Source: Longimicrobiaceae bacterium | GTDB lineage: Bacteria; Gemmatimonadota; Gemmatimonadetes; Longimicrobiales; Longimicrobiaceae | Reading direction: 5' to 3' | Assembly (NCBI GenBank): GCA_050732775.1 | Contig: JBOHRN010000002.1 | Location: 76,731 to 140,730 of the forward strand | DNA length: 64,000 nt | Notes under the pieces: model-generated | Seen by the model: only the letters and a program-made list of their open reading frames with translations | The model's database searches: none | Told to the model about the DNA's origin: nothing | Position numbers and translations under genes: made by a program | Shown here: positions 51,828-60,871 of the stretch, in pieces | Layout of the letters: the number at the start of each line of letters is the position of its first letter | Position numbering within the stretch: position 1 is the first letter of the stretch

Positions 51828-52757
51828 CTAACGGTTTACCCTCCCCCGCGCCACGCTAGGGGCGAAGAGAAGGGCGGCGGCGGCGCCCAAAATCTCAGCC
51901 AGTACCGACCAGAGCCGCGAGAGCACGGCGACCAGCGCCGCCACCCCGCCCGGTAGGTACGGTGCCAGGAGAACCGCCATCGACGCCTCGCGTACCCCCA
52001 GTCCGGCGGGCGCCACGATCACCAGGTAGCCGGCCACGAAGGCGAGGGCGTTGACCCCGGCGAGCGGAAAGATGGTGTCCGCGGAGACGGGGGTGAGCGA
52101 ATTCACGAAGAGGGCGAATGCCAACCCGTACGCTACCCAGTTCACGGTAAAGAGGGCCACCAGCCAGAGCCCGTCTCCCCACCCACCCCGCCACTCCAAC
52201 GGCTCCCGGCGGGCAAGCCGGCGTACCAGGGAGAGGCCCAGGTTGAGCCAACGGGGGTGGGCGAGCAGCAAGATCACCAAAAGGGCGGCAATGCGCGCTG
52301 GCCAGAGGGTGCCCTCCAACCCGAGGGACGAGGAGGGGAGCGCGAGAACCGCCACCACCGAGGCGCCCAGCAGGACGAAACCCATTTGCACGGCGAGCGA
52401 GGTGAGCAGAAGGGTGCCGGACAGGCCGGCCTCGCCCGACATCCTCGCCGCGGCCACGAACTGCCATACCTTACCCGGCAGGTAGCGGGCTAGCGAGGAG
52501 AGGAAAAAGACGCGGGCCAGGACGGGGAAGGGGACCTGCTGGCCAAAAAGCCGCAGCACCCTCCCCCACACCCACACCCCCCACCCCAGGACCACCAGCA
52601 GCAGGGCCACGCTTACCGACAGCAGGAGGGGCTCCAGCTGCCAGGAAAAGTCTTGCACCCGCCGCCAGTCTCGTATCACGGCGCGGGCCAGGAAGCCCGC
52701 GGCAAAAGCGACGAAGAGAAAGCTGGCGGTGCGCTTCCACGCCTCTTGGCCGCTCAC
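51828..52757 (-). CDS. Lysylphosphatidylglycerol-synthase-TM-region-like (UPF0104, flippase-like) membrane protein
   Basis: ~8 TM helices. RYLPGKVWQ motif typical of UPF0104. GTGA overlap with the upstream gene. Confidence 0.55.
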   Translation of the reverse strand: MSGQEAWKRTASFLFVAFAAGFLARAVIRDWRRVQDFSWQLEPLLLSVSVALLLVVLGWGVWVWGRVLRLFGQQVPFPVLARVFFLSSLARYLPGKVWQFVAAARMSGEAGLSGTLLLTSLAVQMGFVLLGASVVAVLALPSSSLGLEGTLWPARIAALLVILLLAHPRWLNLGLSLVRRLARREPLEWRGGWGDGLWLVALFTVNWVAYGLAFALFVNSLTPVSADTIFPLAGVNALAFVAGYLVIVAPAGLGVREASMAVLLAPYLPGGVAALVAVLSRLWSVLAEILGAAAALLFAPSVARGRVNR

Positions 52758-55090
52758 CGGGCTCCGTCCGGGTGGGCCTTCCTCCGACGCGCCAAGAGCA
52801 AGGCGCCGTACCCGGCGAGGAGGCCGAATCCGGCCAAATAGATGGCCAGTCCGGTGTACAGCTCGGCCGGTTTGAACTCGAACACTACCTGGTGGGCGCC
52901 CGGCGCCAGAGGGACCCCCCGGAAGGTGTGGTTGGCCCGCACCAGTTTACCCGGCTCGCCGTCCACGGTGACCCGCCAATCCCGGTGGAAGTTGTCGGCG
53001 AGCACCAACAGCGAAGCGCGGTCGGCACTGGTCCTGACCACCACCCGCGACGGCTCGTGCACCAGCACCTCGGCCCGTCCCCTCAGCGGGCCACGGTTTG
53101 AGCTTAGTCCGGGAACTGAATCGTACACCACGGCTTGAACGCGGGGGTCGAAGCCCGGCTCCTTCATGGCGGCCAGGGCGCCCCTGGGCGGCTCGGCCAC
53201 CACCACCTCGGGCACCAGCCAGGCCCGGGGCAGGGAGCCGGGATTCTGGTACACTAGGGCGCTCCCCCTATGGACCTCGGGAAGCCCTTGCAACTCCACC
53301 CCGCTCACGATGTAGCGGATGTTGGCCAGGTTCAGGAAAACCGGGTACTGGAGGAAGTTGTGCCAGTCCACGTAGACGTCTTCGCCCGCGCCCACGAACT
53401 CGTTGTAGCGTTGGAGTTGGTTGCCGTGCTCGCCGCCGGCTTGCTCCACGTCGAAGAGCATGAGGTAATCTCCGTGGTTGCGGTACGCGGTGCCCGCGGG
53501 GAAGGGGAGCACCCAAACCCGGAAGGGATCCGGTTGAGAGTCCAGGAAGCGGGCCACGTCGTCGGCCGCGAAGGTCTGCGAGGGCGGGGGGATGGTATGC
53601 AGAAAGCGCTTGCCGACGATCCACAGGTCGGCGGTCGTGGCCAGGGCGAGGATGGCCGCGGCGGCCACCGTGCCCACCCTTCGTGAGCTCCAGAGCCAGA
53701 GCGCCCCACCGACCAGGGCCGCGAAGAAGGCGAAGCGCGCCCACCCCAACGCCACCTCCGCGTTGCCCGCGTTCACCAGCGCCCCCGCGAGGGCGGCGGC
53801 CACCACACCAGCCGCGACCCGGGGTACCAGCCGGAGCGGGTCTAGACCAGCTTGGCGTTGCCGCCCCGGTACCTCCCGCAACAGAGCGAGCCGCTCCAGG
53901 GAGATGGCCGCGACCGCCGCTAGCGCGACCGGCACCAGGAAGAAAGCGAGATCCGGTGCCCTGAACCTCTTGGTGCCGGGCAGGAGCTCGTAGTAGAGCC
54001 GGTAGATGGGGGTGTGGCCGCCGAAGGCCAGCGTCAAGGCAAAGAGAGAGAGCCCCAGGAAGAACCAGAGGTACCGGCTCCTGCGGGAGTACGCGACCGC
54101 CAGCGCCAGCAGAACGATCACGGTAGCGCCCGCGTATTCGGTGTGGAGTTTGAAAGGGTTGGCGCCATCGTACTCGGGGAACATCGGCTCGCCCGTCTCG
54201 GGGTCGCTCACCGAGGCGCCGCTCTGTTCGGGCACGGCTAGCCCTATGACCTCGGCTGGAGGCATGGACCAGGAGACCGAATACTCGTATCCCCGTCCCC
54301 CTTCCGCGCCGCGCGGCGACTCCCCGACGTAGCCGAGGAAAGGAAGAAAGTTCACCGCCGCCAGGGCAAAGCCGAATAGGACGGCGCCCAACCCCAGCGC
54401 CACCCGACCCGCCAGGGCCTTGCTGCGCTCGTAGATACCGAGGTGAAAGAGGCAGAAAAAAGACCAGAGCGCCGCTCCCAGCAGCAGGTAGTAGGCGGTT
54501 TGGATCTGAAAGGAGAGGAGCACGCAGCCGAGAGTGGCCGCGGCCCCGGCGAACGGCGCCAGCCCGCCGGTCCTTACTCCCCGGTGTAGGAAAAACAGCA
54601 GCAGGGGGGCCAGGGTGCCGGTGATAATGCGCCCGTCGTGGCCGGCGTACACCCACGACGCCGTCACGCCGGTAAACTGGAACGCGAGTCCGGCCACCAA
54701 GCTCACCCAGCGCCGGCACCCTAGCTCGCGGGCGAGCAGGTACATGCCCGCCCCGGCGGCGGCGAACTGGACTATGAAGAGGGCCGGGAAGATGCGGTCC
54801 GTGGGCAGGAGCAGGTCGGCCACCAGCCGCACGGGATAGAACAAACTCGCCGGATTGGCGAAGAAGGGGACGCCGCCGTACAGGTACGGGACCCAAGCTG
54901 GGATGGCGCCCTGGGCGAAGCGATCGTTGATGAAGTCTTGAAAAAAGTAGCCCGCGGCCAAGTAGTCGGTCCCGAAGATGTGCCTCCCAGGCAGGAGAGC
55001 GGGCAGGAAGTACACGAACGATAGCATGAAGTAGAGCCCGTACGCGGTGCCCGGTGCCGGCCAATCGCGGCTCTTTTCTGGTCCCGTCAT
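52754..55090 (-). CDS. YfhO-like polytopic membrane protein (GT-C-type glycosyltransferase candidate)
   Basis: 778 aa with many TM helices. N-terminal pattern GTDYLAAGYFFQDFINDRFAQGAIPAWVPYLYGGVPFFANPASLFYP resembles the YfhO family. C-terminal soluble domain plus a final TM helix. Confidence 0.55.
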   Translation of the reverse strand: MTGPEKSRDWPAPGTAYGLYFMLSFVYFLPALLPGRHIFGTDYLAAGYFFQDFINDRFAQGAIPAWVPYLYGGVPFFANPASLFYPVRLVADLLLPTDRIFPALFIVQFAAAGAGMYLLARELGCRRWVSLVAGLAFQFTGVTASWVYAGHDGRIITGTLAPLLLFFLHRGVRTGGLAPFAGAAATLGCVLLSFQIQTAYYLLLGAALWSFFCLFHLGIYERSKALAGRVALGLGAVLFGFALAAVNFLPFLGYVGESPRGAEGGRGYEYSVSWSMPPAEVIGLAVPEQSGASVSDPETGEPMFPEYDGANPFKLHTEYAGATVIVLLALAVAYSRRSRYLWFFLGLSLFALTLAFGGHTPIYRLYYELLPGTKRFRAPDLAFFLVPVALAAVAAISLERLALLREVPGRQRQAGLDPLRLVPRVAAGVVAAALAGALVNAGNAEVALGWARFAFFAALVGGALWLWSSRRVGTVAAAAILALATTADLWIVGKRFLHTIPPPSQTFAADDVARFLDSQPDPFRVWVLPFPAGTAYRNHGDYLMLFDVEQAGGEHGNQLQRYNEFVGAGEDVYVDWHNFLQYPVFLNLANIRYIVSGVELQGLPEVHRGSALVYQNPGSLPRAWLVPEVVVAEPPRGALAAMKEPGFDPRVQAVVYDSVPGLSSNRGPLRGRAEVLVHEPSRVVVRTSADRASLLVLADNFHRDWRVTVDGEPGKLVRANHTFRGVPLAPGAHQVVFEFKPAELYTGLAIYLAGFGLLAGYGALLLARRRKAHPDGAR

Positions 55091-56229
55091 ACGGCTTGGC
55101 CGGTCTGTCCGGGGAGTGTACGCGCGCCTCGGGCGACGAGCTCTACAAAGTCTAGGTGGCGCTCCGCCACGCTGTCCCAGCTGTAACGCCGGGCGAGCCG
55201 CCGGGCTAACTGCCCCAGCTCTCTACGCCGCCCGGGGTCGTCTAGCAGGGTGGCCGCGGCGCGGGCCAAAGCGGCGGAGTCGCCGGGTGGCACCAACAAC
55301 CCGCCGTTACCAACCACCTCGGGCAAGGCGCCCGCCCCGGCGGCTAGCACGGGCACGCCCGCGGCCATGGCCTCGGCAGCCACCATGCCGAACCCCTCGA
55401 ATCTGGACGGCATGACCAGGAGGAGGGCGCCCGCCAGGAGCCCGGCTCGTTCACTTTCGCCCACGTTTCGCCGCACTTCAACTCGGTCATCGATCTTCAA
55501 TCTACGGGAAAGTTCCTTCACCCGGAGCTCATCCTTGCCGCGCCCCGCTAGTACCAGACGGAGATCCGGCCGCTCGCGCGCCAACCGGGCGAAGCCGTCC
55601 AGCAAGGTATCCAAGCCCTTGGCGAAGAGGTCGAAGCGGCCCAGAAAGAGCAAGTAGTCCCGCTCGTGCCTCTCGACCTCGAAGAGCTCGCCGGGTACTC
55701 CGTTGCCCACCACCACGACCGTGGAGCCGGGCCGGACCACCTGCTCGAGTTGGCTGGCCGTCCACTCCGAGGTGGCGCTGAACAAGCTACCCCGCCGCAG
55801 CAGGCCTCGCTCAGCGCCCGCTACAGCCGCCCCGGCCAGCCGGCCCCAGCGCGCCCTCGCCGTGAACGCCGTGACCTGGCTCACCACCATACCCACGGGG
55901 CGTTTTGCCGGCACCGGGATGGGCGTGTACGCCGAAAAGTCGAGCACCGCGGCGTCGTAGTCGTACCTCTTGAGGGCGCGGGTTGCGGCCCGCGCGTACG
56001 TCCACCGGCTCCACGGGTAGGGAGAGGCAGCGCCCGCGTGAATAAAGCGGACACCCTCTAGCTCCCGGTCGCGGGCGCCCGGGTAGTTGCCACACAGCAC
56101 ACTGGTGTCGAGCCGGCTGGCGACCCGGCGGTAGATTTCCCACCCCCGCACGGCTCCTCCTCCCCCTACCCACGGGTTGTGGAGGTCGTCGTAGATACAG
56201 TGCAGGACTTTGAGTGCGGGCATGCGCAC
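55087..56229 (-). CDS. Glycosyltransferase family 4 (GT-B)
   Basis: C-terminal GT1/GT4 core (PSRFEGFGMVAAEAMAAGVPVLA). Start is GTG 56229 or ATG 56223. Confidence 0.8.
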   Translation of the reverse strand: MRMPALKVLHCIYDDLHNPWVGGGGAVRGWEIYRRVASRLDTSVLCGNYPGARDRELEGVRFIHAGAASPYPWSRWTYARAATRALKRYDYDAAVLDFSAYTPIPVPAKRPVGMVVSQVTAFTARARWGRLAGAAVAGAERGLLRRGSLFSATSEWTASQLEQVVRPGSTVVVVGNGVPGELFEVERHERDYLLFLGRFDLFAKGLDTLLDGFARLARERPDLRLVLAGRGKDELRVKELSRRLKIDDRVEVRRNVGESERAGLLAGALLLVMPSRFEGFGMVAAEAMAAGVPVLAAGAGALPEVVGNGGLLVPPGDSAALARAAATLLDDPGRRRELGQLARRLARRYSWDSVAERHLDFVELVARGARTLPGQTGQAV

Positions 56230-56248
56230 GCTTGCCGGAGATTCTGAA

Positions 56249-57436
56249 CTAGGCGCTGATCACGCGCCGGTAAAGGGCTTCCAGGTCAGCGGTGATCCGC
56301 CGCCACGAAAAGCGGGCGCGCGCGTCCTCTCGCCCGGCCGCGCCCATCTTCCGGGCCAGCTCTCGGTCACCGTCGAGCCGACTGATGGCGGCGGCTAGTG
56401 CTGCCGGGTCGCCCGGAGTCACCAGCAGTCCAGTCTCGCCGGGGCGGATAATGTCCGGGATACCCCCTACGTCCGAGCCGATAACGGACCGGCCGTAGGC
56501 CATACCCTCGATCAGGGCGACGCCCAACCCCTCCACGTCACCCTTGGCGTCGTACCGGGCCGGGAGTACCACCACGTCGGCGCGCTGGTACTCGCTGGCC
56601 AGCGTCCGCTGGGACACAAAGCCGGTGAAGCGCACCTGCCCTCCCAGCCCCAAGGCACTGGCCCGGCTTTCAAGCCCGCTGCGCGCGGGCCCGTCGCCCA
56701 CCACCGCGAGCCGGACGCCCGGGAGCTTGGCCACGGCCTCGAGCAGCACGTCGACCCCCTTGCGCTCAACCAGCCGTCCCACGAAGAGGAGCCGAGCCGG
56801 AGCGTGCGGGGTAGGGAAGGGGGGAGGGGTGCCCTCGCGCGCGGTGGCGGCGGCTCCAAAAGGGATGATTTCGACCTCAGCGCCCGGGACTTCTTCACGG
56901 AGCAGGCCGGCGGTGTAGTTGGAGATGGCGGTGAGCGCGTCGGCTTCCCGGACGATCTTGCGCAGCACCGGTTTTAGCAAGGGGAAGCGGGAGCGCGTCC
57001 AAGTTATCTCGACACCGAAAAAGGTGCAGACCAACGGCACGCCGGAAGCCCGCTTCGCGACGGCTCCGCCCACTCCGTGGGGCAGGGGCCAGAAGGCGTG
57101 GATGGCGTCGAAGCGTCCGCTGCGGGCGAGCCGGGTGGCGGCGATGGAGAGCGCGGCCAGGTAGGAGGGCACCAAGGCGAGATAGAGGGGGTTGTCACGG
57201 ATGCGGTCGGGCGCGGTCTGATCGTGGGTGAGCGTCTCCCACCCGCGGGGCGCGTAACGGTACCGGTGCACCACCACTCCATCCACCCGCCCGCTCGCGC
57301 TCCCCCGGTAGGCAGGCGCGAGTACCTCCACCTCTACGCCACGGCTCCGCAACCGTGAGATGGTCTCCACCAGCCACGGCGTGATAACGTCTCCCGGACG
57401 CCTGGGAAAGGCGGAGACCAGGTAGAGGATTCTCAC
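56249..57436 (-). CDS. Glycosyltransferase family 4 (GT-B)
   Basis: N-terminal RILYLVSAFP and the EGLGVALIEGMAYGRSVIGSDVGGIPDII sugar-donor motif. GTG start. Confidence 0.8.
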   Translation of the reverse strand: MRILYLVSAFPRRPGDVITPWLVETISRLRSRGVEVEVLAPAYRGSASGRVDGVVVHRYRYAPRGWETLTHDQTAPDRIRDNPLYLALVPSYLAALSIAATRLARSGRFDAIHAFWPLPHGVGGAVAKRASGVPLVCTFFGVEITWTRSRFPLLKPVLRKIVREADALTAISNYTAGLLREEVPGAEVEIIPFGAAATAREGTPPPFPTPHAPARLLFVGRLVERKGVDVLLEAVAKLPGVRLAVVGDGPARSGLESRASALGLGGQVRFTGFVSQRTLASEYQRADVVVLPARYDAKGDVEGLGVALIEGMAYGRSVIGSDVGGIPDIIRPGETGLLVTPGDPAALAAAISRLDGDRELARKMGAAGREDARARFSWRRITADLEALYRRVISA

Positions 57437-57465
57437 CCTGACGGCTTGTCCGCACAGTAGACGCG

Positions 57466-57496
57466 GCGTAGCTTGCCCATCTTTTCCAAGCTACGC
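57466..57496. promoter_or_regulatory. Perfect 10-bp inverted repeat in the divergent GT4 / ppm promoter gap
   Basis: GCGTAGCTTG (57466-57475), 11 nt, CAAGCTACGC (57487-57496). It is 21 nt upstream of the GTG at 57517. Confidence 0.3.
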
Positions 57497-57516
57497 GGGC
57501 AGAGAGGCCGGTTCAA

Positions 57517-58236
57517 GTGGAAAGAGCGTTGGTCATAGTTCCCACCTACGACGAGCGGGAGAACATCCCCCGTCTGGTGCGAGAGGTGCTGGCTCAGGAC
57601 TCCCGCGTGGAGGTCCTGGTGGTAGACGACGCTTCTCCAGACGGGACGGGCGAGTTGGCCGAAGAGCTGGCCGCCACCGAACCGCGCCTCCACGTGCTCC
57701 ACAGAGAGGGGAAGATGGGGCTGGGCACCGCCTACACCGCCGGCTTCCGGTGGGGGTTGGACCGCGGCTACGACTTCCTCTTCGAGATGGACGCCGACTT
57801 CTCTCACGACCCACGGCAGCTCCCCGTGTTTCTGGAGGCGATCAAGGAGTTCGACGTGGTACTCGGCTCCCGCTACCTGCACGGCAAGGTAACGGTGGTC
57901 AACTGGCCGATCAGCCGCCTGGTTCTCAGCGTCGCGGCCAACCGCTACGCGCGCTGGGTGACCGGGGTCCCGCTCGCGGACTCTACCGGCGGGTTCAAGT
58001 GCTTTAGAAGAAATGTACTTGAGGCGCTTCCCCTCGAACAAATAGAGTCCAACGGCTACGCCTTCCAGATCGAGATGAACTTGCGGGTCTGGAAGCAGGG
58101 CTTCCGTATCGGGGAGATCCCCATCACTTTCGTGGACCGAGACACCGGCGAGAGCAAGATGTCCAAGGGCATCGTTCTTGAGGCAGTGTGGCGAGTGTGG
58201 CAGCTCCGGCTTCTCTCACTGCTCAGACGGCTATAA
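57517..58236 (+). CDS. Polyprenol-monophosphomannose synthase (soluble GT2, Ppm1/DPM1-like)
   Basis: VIVPTYDERENI, VVDDASPDGT, GKMGLGTAY, EMDADFSHDP, GGFKCFRR. Confidence 0.85.
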   Translation: MERALVIVPTYDERENIPRLVREVLAQDSRVEVLVVDDASPDGTGELAEELAATEPRLHVLHREGKMGLGTAYTAGFRWGLDRGYDFLFEMDADFSHDPRQLPVFLEAIKEFDVVLGSRYLHGKVTVVNWPISRLVLSVAANRYARWVTGVPLADSTGGFKCFRRNVLEALPLEQIESNGYAFQIEMNLRVWKQGFRIGEIPITFVDRDTGESKMSKGIVLEAVWRVWQLRLLSLLRRL

Positions 58237-59909
58237 TGCCAGACCCGGTCCCGGACTTCCTCGAAGCGTTCGCGCCCATGCTGGTCGGGCACCCCCCGGA
58301 CGAGGGAGTGGGCCGGGCGCTGGACGCCCTGAATCGCCACTTCGAGTCTTATCCCCACCTGGTTCTGGAGGTCCAATTCACCGGTTTCTACCACCGCGAC
58401 CAAAGGGTTGGAGTGGTAAATCCGACGGCTTTGCACGCCGCGGGACAGCTCATAGTGCTGCACGTCATCCGGCTTGGATTCCTACCGCAAGTCGGCGAGA
58501 AAGACCTCCGCTGCCTGGCCGAGGTGCTGTCGCGCGCCCCCTCTGACCTGCCCGCCGGCGGGGCGGTAGCCGCGCTCCGCGAGCGAGTGCCGGACGGCGT
58601 GCTGGTGGCCACCTCCGGTGGCGAAGCTTACCGTCCTCCGGAGCGGATGGCTCCCCCTCCCGCCGCGGCGAGCGAGGCCGGACCGGAAGGGGAGGCGGGG
58701 GACCAAGAGCTGGAAGAAGAAGAGGGAGCGACCCTTTCCTTCGACCTCCTCGACACCCCGGATGACCTGGCTCCGCCTTCGCCGGACGCCCCCCCGCCCG
58801 CTCCGGCGCCGAGCTCCCGGCGCGGCCAGACCGCCCCGGAAGAGGAGGAGGGCGGGCTATTTCAACTCTTCCGCTCTACCCGTGCCTCGACGGGTGGCGA
58901 GGGGGCCGAGGCCGTGGCCGACCAGCTCGGGCGGGCAACCAACCTAGCCAGCTTCGATGAATTGGCGCAGATCGCCGCGCGAGAATCCGGCCGCCTACTG
59001 GAACAGCGCCGCGACAGGGAGGCCGGGCTCCTGCTGGCCGCCCTGGCCAATGCCGCGGCCGCCGGAGGACGGGCGCGCCTCTTCCGCGAAACCGCCCTGC
59101 AGGCGCTCCGGGGTATCCTCCGACAACACCGCGTCGAGGCGGTGCTGGCCGCGCTCGCCGCGGCTGAACCCGAACGGCGGACCGGCTTTCTAGCGCTCCT
59201 CCTCTCGCTCGGAGACGACACCTCGCGCGAGCTGGAGGAGCTCTTTCCACGAACCGACGACCCTGCGCTCCGGAGCGATCTGTTACGGGCTCTCTTGGCA
59301 GACCGGAAAGTAGCAGACCGGGTGGTGTCAGGAGCGCTGAGGGAGGGGAGTCCGGGCCGGGCCGCCTCGGTCCTGCAGGCGATCGACGAGGCGGAGGTGG
59401 CCGCTTCCGTGGCGGTCGGCTGGCTGCGAGCGGCCGTCTCTCACCCCAGCCCCGAGGTTCGCCGCCTGGCCGCTGAGCGGGCGGGGAGAAAGGGTAGAGA
59501 AGGCGTGCGCCTCCTGGTCGACCTGCTGGTGGACGCGGACAGCGGCGTGCGCCGCGCGGCCGTTTCCGAACTGGCCGCCTCGGGCAGCAAGCCGGCGGTG
59601 CCGTTCCTGGCCAGTTTCATCTCCGCTGAGGGAGACGAGTCGCTGCAGATAGCCGCGGTGGAAGCCGTGGGCGAGATCGGAGGGCAAGAGAGCGTGACGC
59701 CCCTCCTGGCCATCATCCGCAAGCGCCAGCTCTTCGGGGGCAAGCGGCTCGCCCGGCTCAAGGCGGCCGCGTTGGAGGCGCTAGCCAAACGACCCACGGG
59801 CGCCGGTCGCAACGCCCTGCGCTCGCTGGCCCAGGACGACGACCGGGAGCTCGCCGCGCGCGCCCGGACGCTCCTCGAGACCACCGGTGTGGAGAAGGGT
59901 GGGGGGTGA
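58236..59909 (+). CDS. HEAT-repeat-containing protein of unknown function
   Basis: ATG overlaps the ppm stop (TAATG). Acidic/Pro low-complexity linker. C-terminal HEAT/PBS-lyase-like repeats (PEVRRLAAERAG..., DSGVRRAAVSELA..., LQIAAVEAVGEIG). Confidence 0.5.
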   Translation: MPDPVPDFLEAFAPMLVGHPPDEGVGRALDALNRHFESYPHLVLEVQFTGFYHRDQRVGVVNPTALHAAGQLIVLHVIRLGFLPQVGEKDLRCLAEVLSRAPSDLPAGGAVAALRERVPDGVLVATSGGEAYRPPERMAPPPAAASEAGPEGEAGDQELEEEEGATLSFDLLDTPDDLAPPSPDAPPPAPAPSSRRGQTAPEEEEGGLFQLFRSTRASTGGEGAEAVADQLGRATNLASFDELAQIAARESGRLLEQRRDREAGLLLAALANAAAAGGRARLFRETALQALRGILRQHRVEAVLAALAAAEPERRTGFLALLLSLGDDTSRELEELFPRTDDPALRSDLLRALLADRKVADRVVSGALREGSPGRAASVLQAIDEAEVAASVAVGWLRAAVSHPSPEVRRLAAERAGRKGREGVRLLVDLLVDADSGVRRAAVSELAASGSKPAVPFLASFISAEGDESLQIAAVEAVGEIGGQESVTPLLAIIRKRQLFGGKRLARLKAAALEALAKRPTGAGRNALRSLAQDDDRELAARARTLLETTGVEKGGG

Positions 59910-60038
59910 GCTATGGTTTTCCACCCTTATCCACCAGATTAGTTTACATAATGTAGATTATACGAAACATCCATAATATAGAGAACCGGCTACGGGCCCG
60001 GGGTTTGCAAGCTTCTTTGGGCAAAGCAGGAGAAAATC

Positions 60039-60860
60039 TTGTCCCGAGTCATCTGGAAAGGAAGCGTCAGCTTCGGGTTGGTCGACATCCCCGTGACCGT
60101 CCACCCGGCCGAGAAGCGGGAGCGCTTGAGCTTTACCCTACTCGACCGCAGGAACATGGCGCCCGTCGGTTACGAGAAGATCAATAAGGAGACCGGCGAG
60201 GAGGTCCCGTACGAAGAAATCGTCAAAGGGTACGAGTACGCCGAGGGCGATTACGTGGTCCTGCAGGACGAAGACTTCGAGAAAGCCAATGTGGAAGCGA
60301 CCCAGACCATCGAGATCTCGGACTTCGTCGACGCCGCCGAGATACCCATCGAGCACTTTGAACGCCCCTACTACCTCGCCCCCACCAAGAAAAAGAGTAA
60401 GGGGTACGCCCTGCTTCGAGAAACTCTAAGAAAGCACGGCAAAGTCGCTGTCGCTACAGTAGTTCTGCGCGCACGCCAGCACCTCTGTGCGGTCCTGGTC
60501 CGGGGCGACGCTCTGCTCTTGGAGCTGCTCCGCTACGGTCACGAGCTACGCGACCCCTCCGGGCTCGACCTACCGGGTGGCGACTTGGAGGAACTCGGTA
60601 TCACCAAGAAGGAGCTGGAGATGGCGGGCAAGCTGGTGGAAGGGATGGCCGGGGAGTGGGACCCTTCCCGCTACCGGGATGAGTACCGGGACGACCTGCT
60701 GGAGCTAATCGAAAAAAAGGCCGGGAAGGGCGAGACCGAGCCGGTGGCTGTAGCCGGGCCCAAGCCGAAGAAGGAGTCCGGCGTGATTGACATTATGGAC
60801 CTCCTCAAGCGCAGCGTGGAGAGGAACAAAAAGAAGCCGCGCTCGAAAAAGAGCGCCTAG
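60039..60860 (+). CDS. ku: Non-homologous end joining protein Ku
   Basis: VIWKGSVSFGLVDIPV, ERPYYLAP, and a Lys-rich C-terminal tail. TTG start 7 nt after GGAG. Confidence 0.9.
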   Translation: MSRVIWKGSVSFGLVDIPVTVHPAEKRERLSFTLLDRRNMAPVGYEKINKETGEEVPYEEIVKGYEYAEGDYVVLQDEDFEKANVEATQTIEISDFVDAAEIPIEHFERPYYLAPTKKKSKGYALLRETLRKHGKVAVATVVLRARQHLCAVLVRGDALLLELLRYGHELRDPSGLDLPGGDLEELGITKKELEMAGKLVEGMAGEWDPSRYRDEYRDDLLELIEKKAGKGETEPVAVAGPKPKKESGVIDIMDLLKRSVERNKKKPRSKKSA

Positions 60861-60871
60861 CCGGGCTGGGA

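Noticed and set aside
53268-55064. 598-aa ORF in an alternative frame of the YfhO-like gene
   Set aside because: Same strand but shifted frame. The product is Arg/Pro/Gly-rich with no motifs. The YfhO-like frame gives a coherent polytopic membrane protein.
59894-59927. AAGGGTGG...CCACCCTT inverted repeat spanning the HEAT-gene stop, as a terminator
   Set aside because: The 18-nt loop is large and there is no U-tract after the stem. It is not convincing as an intrinsic terminator.
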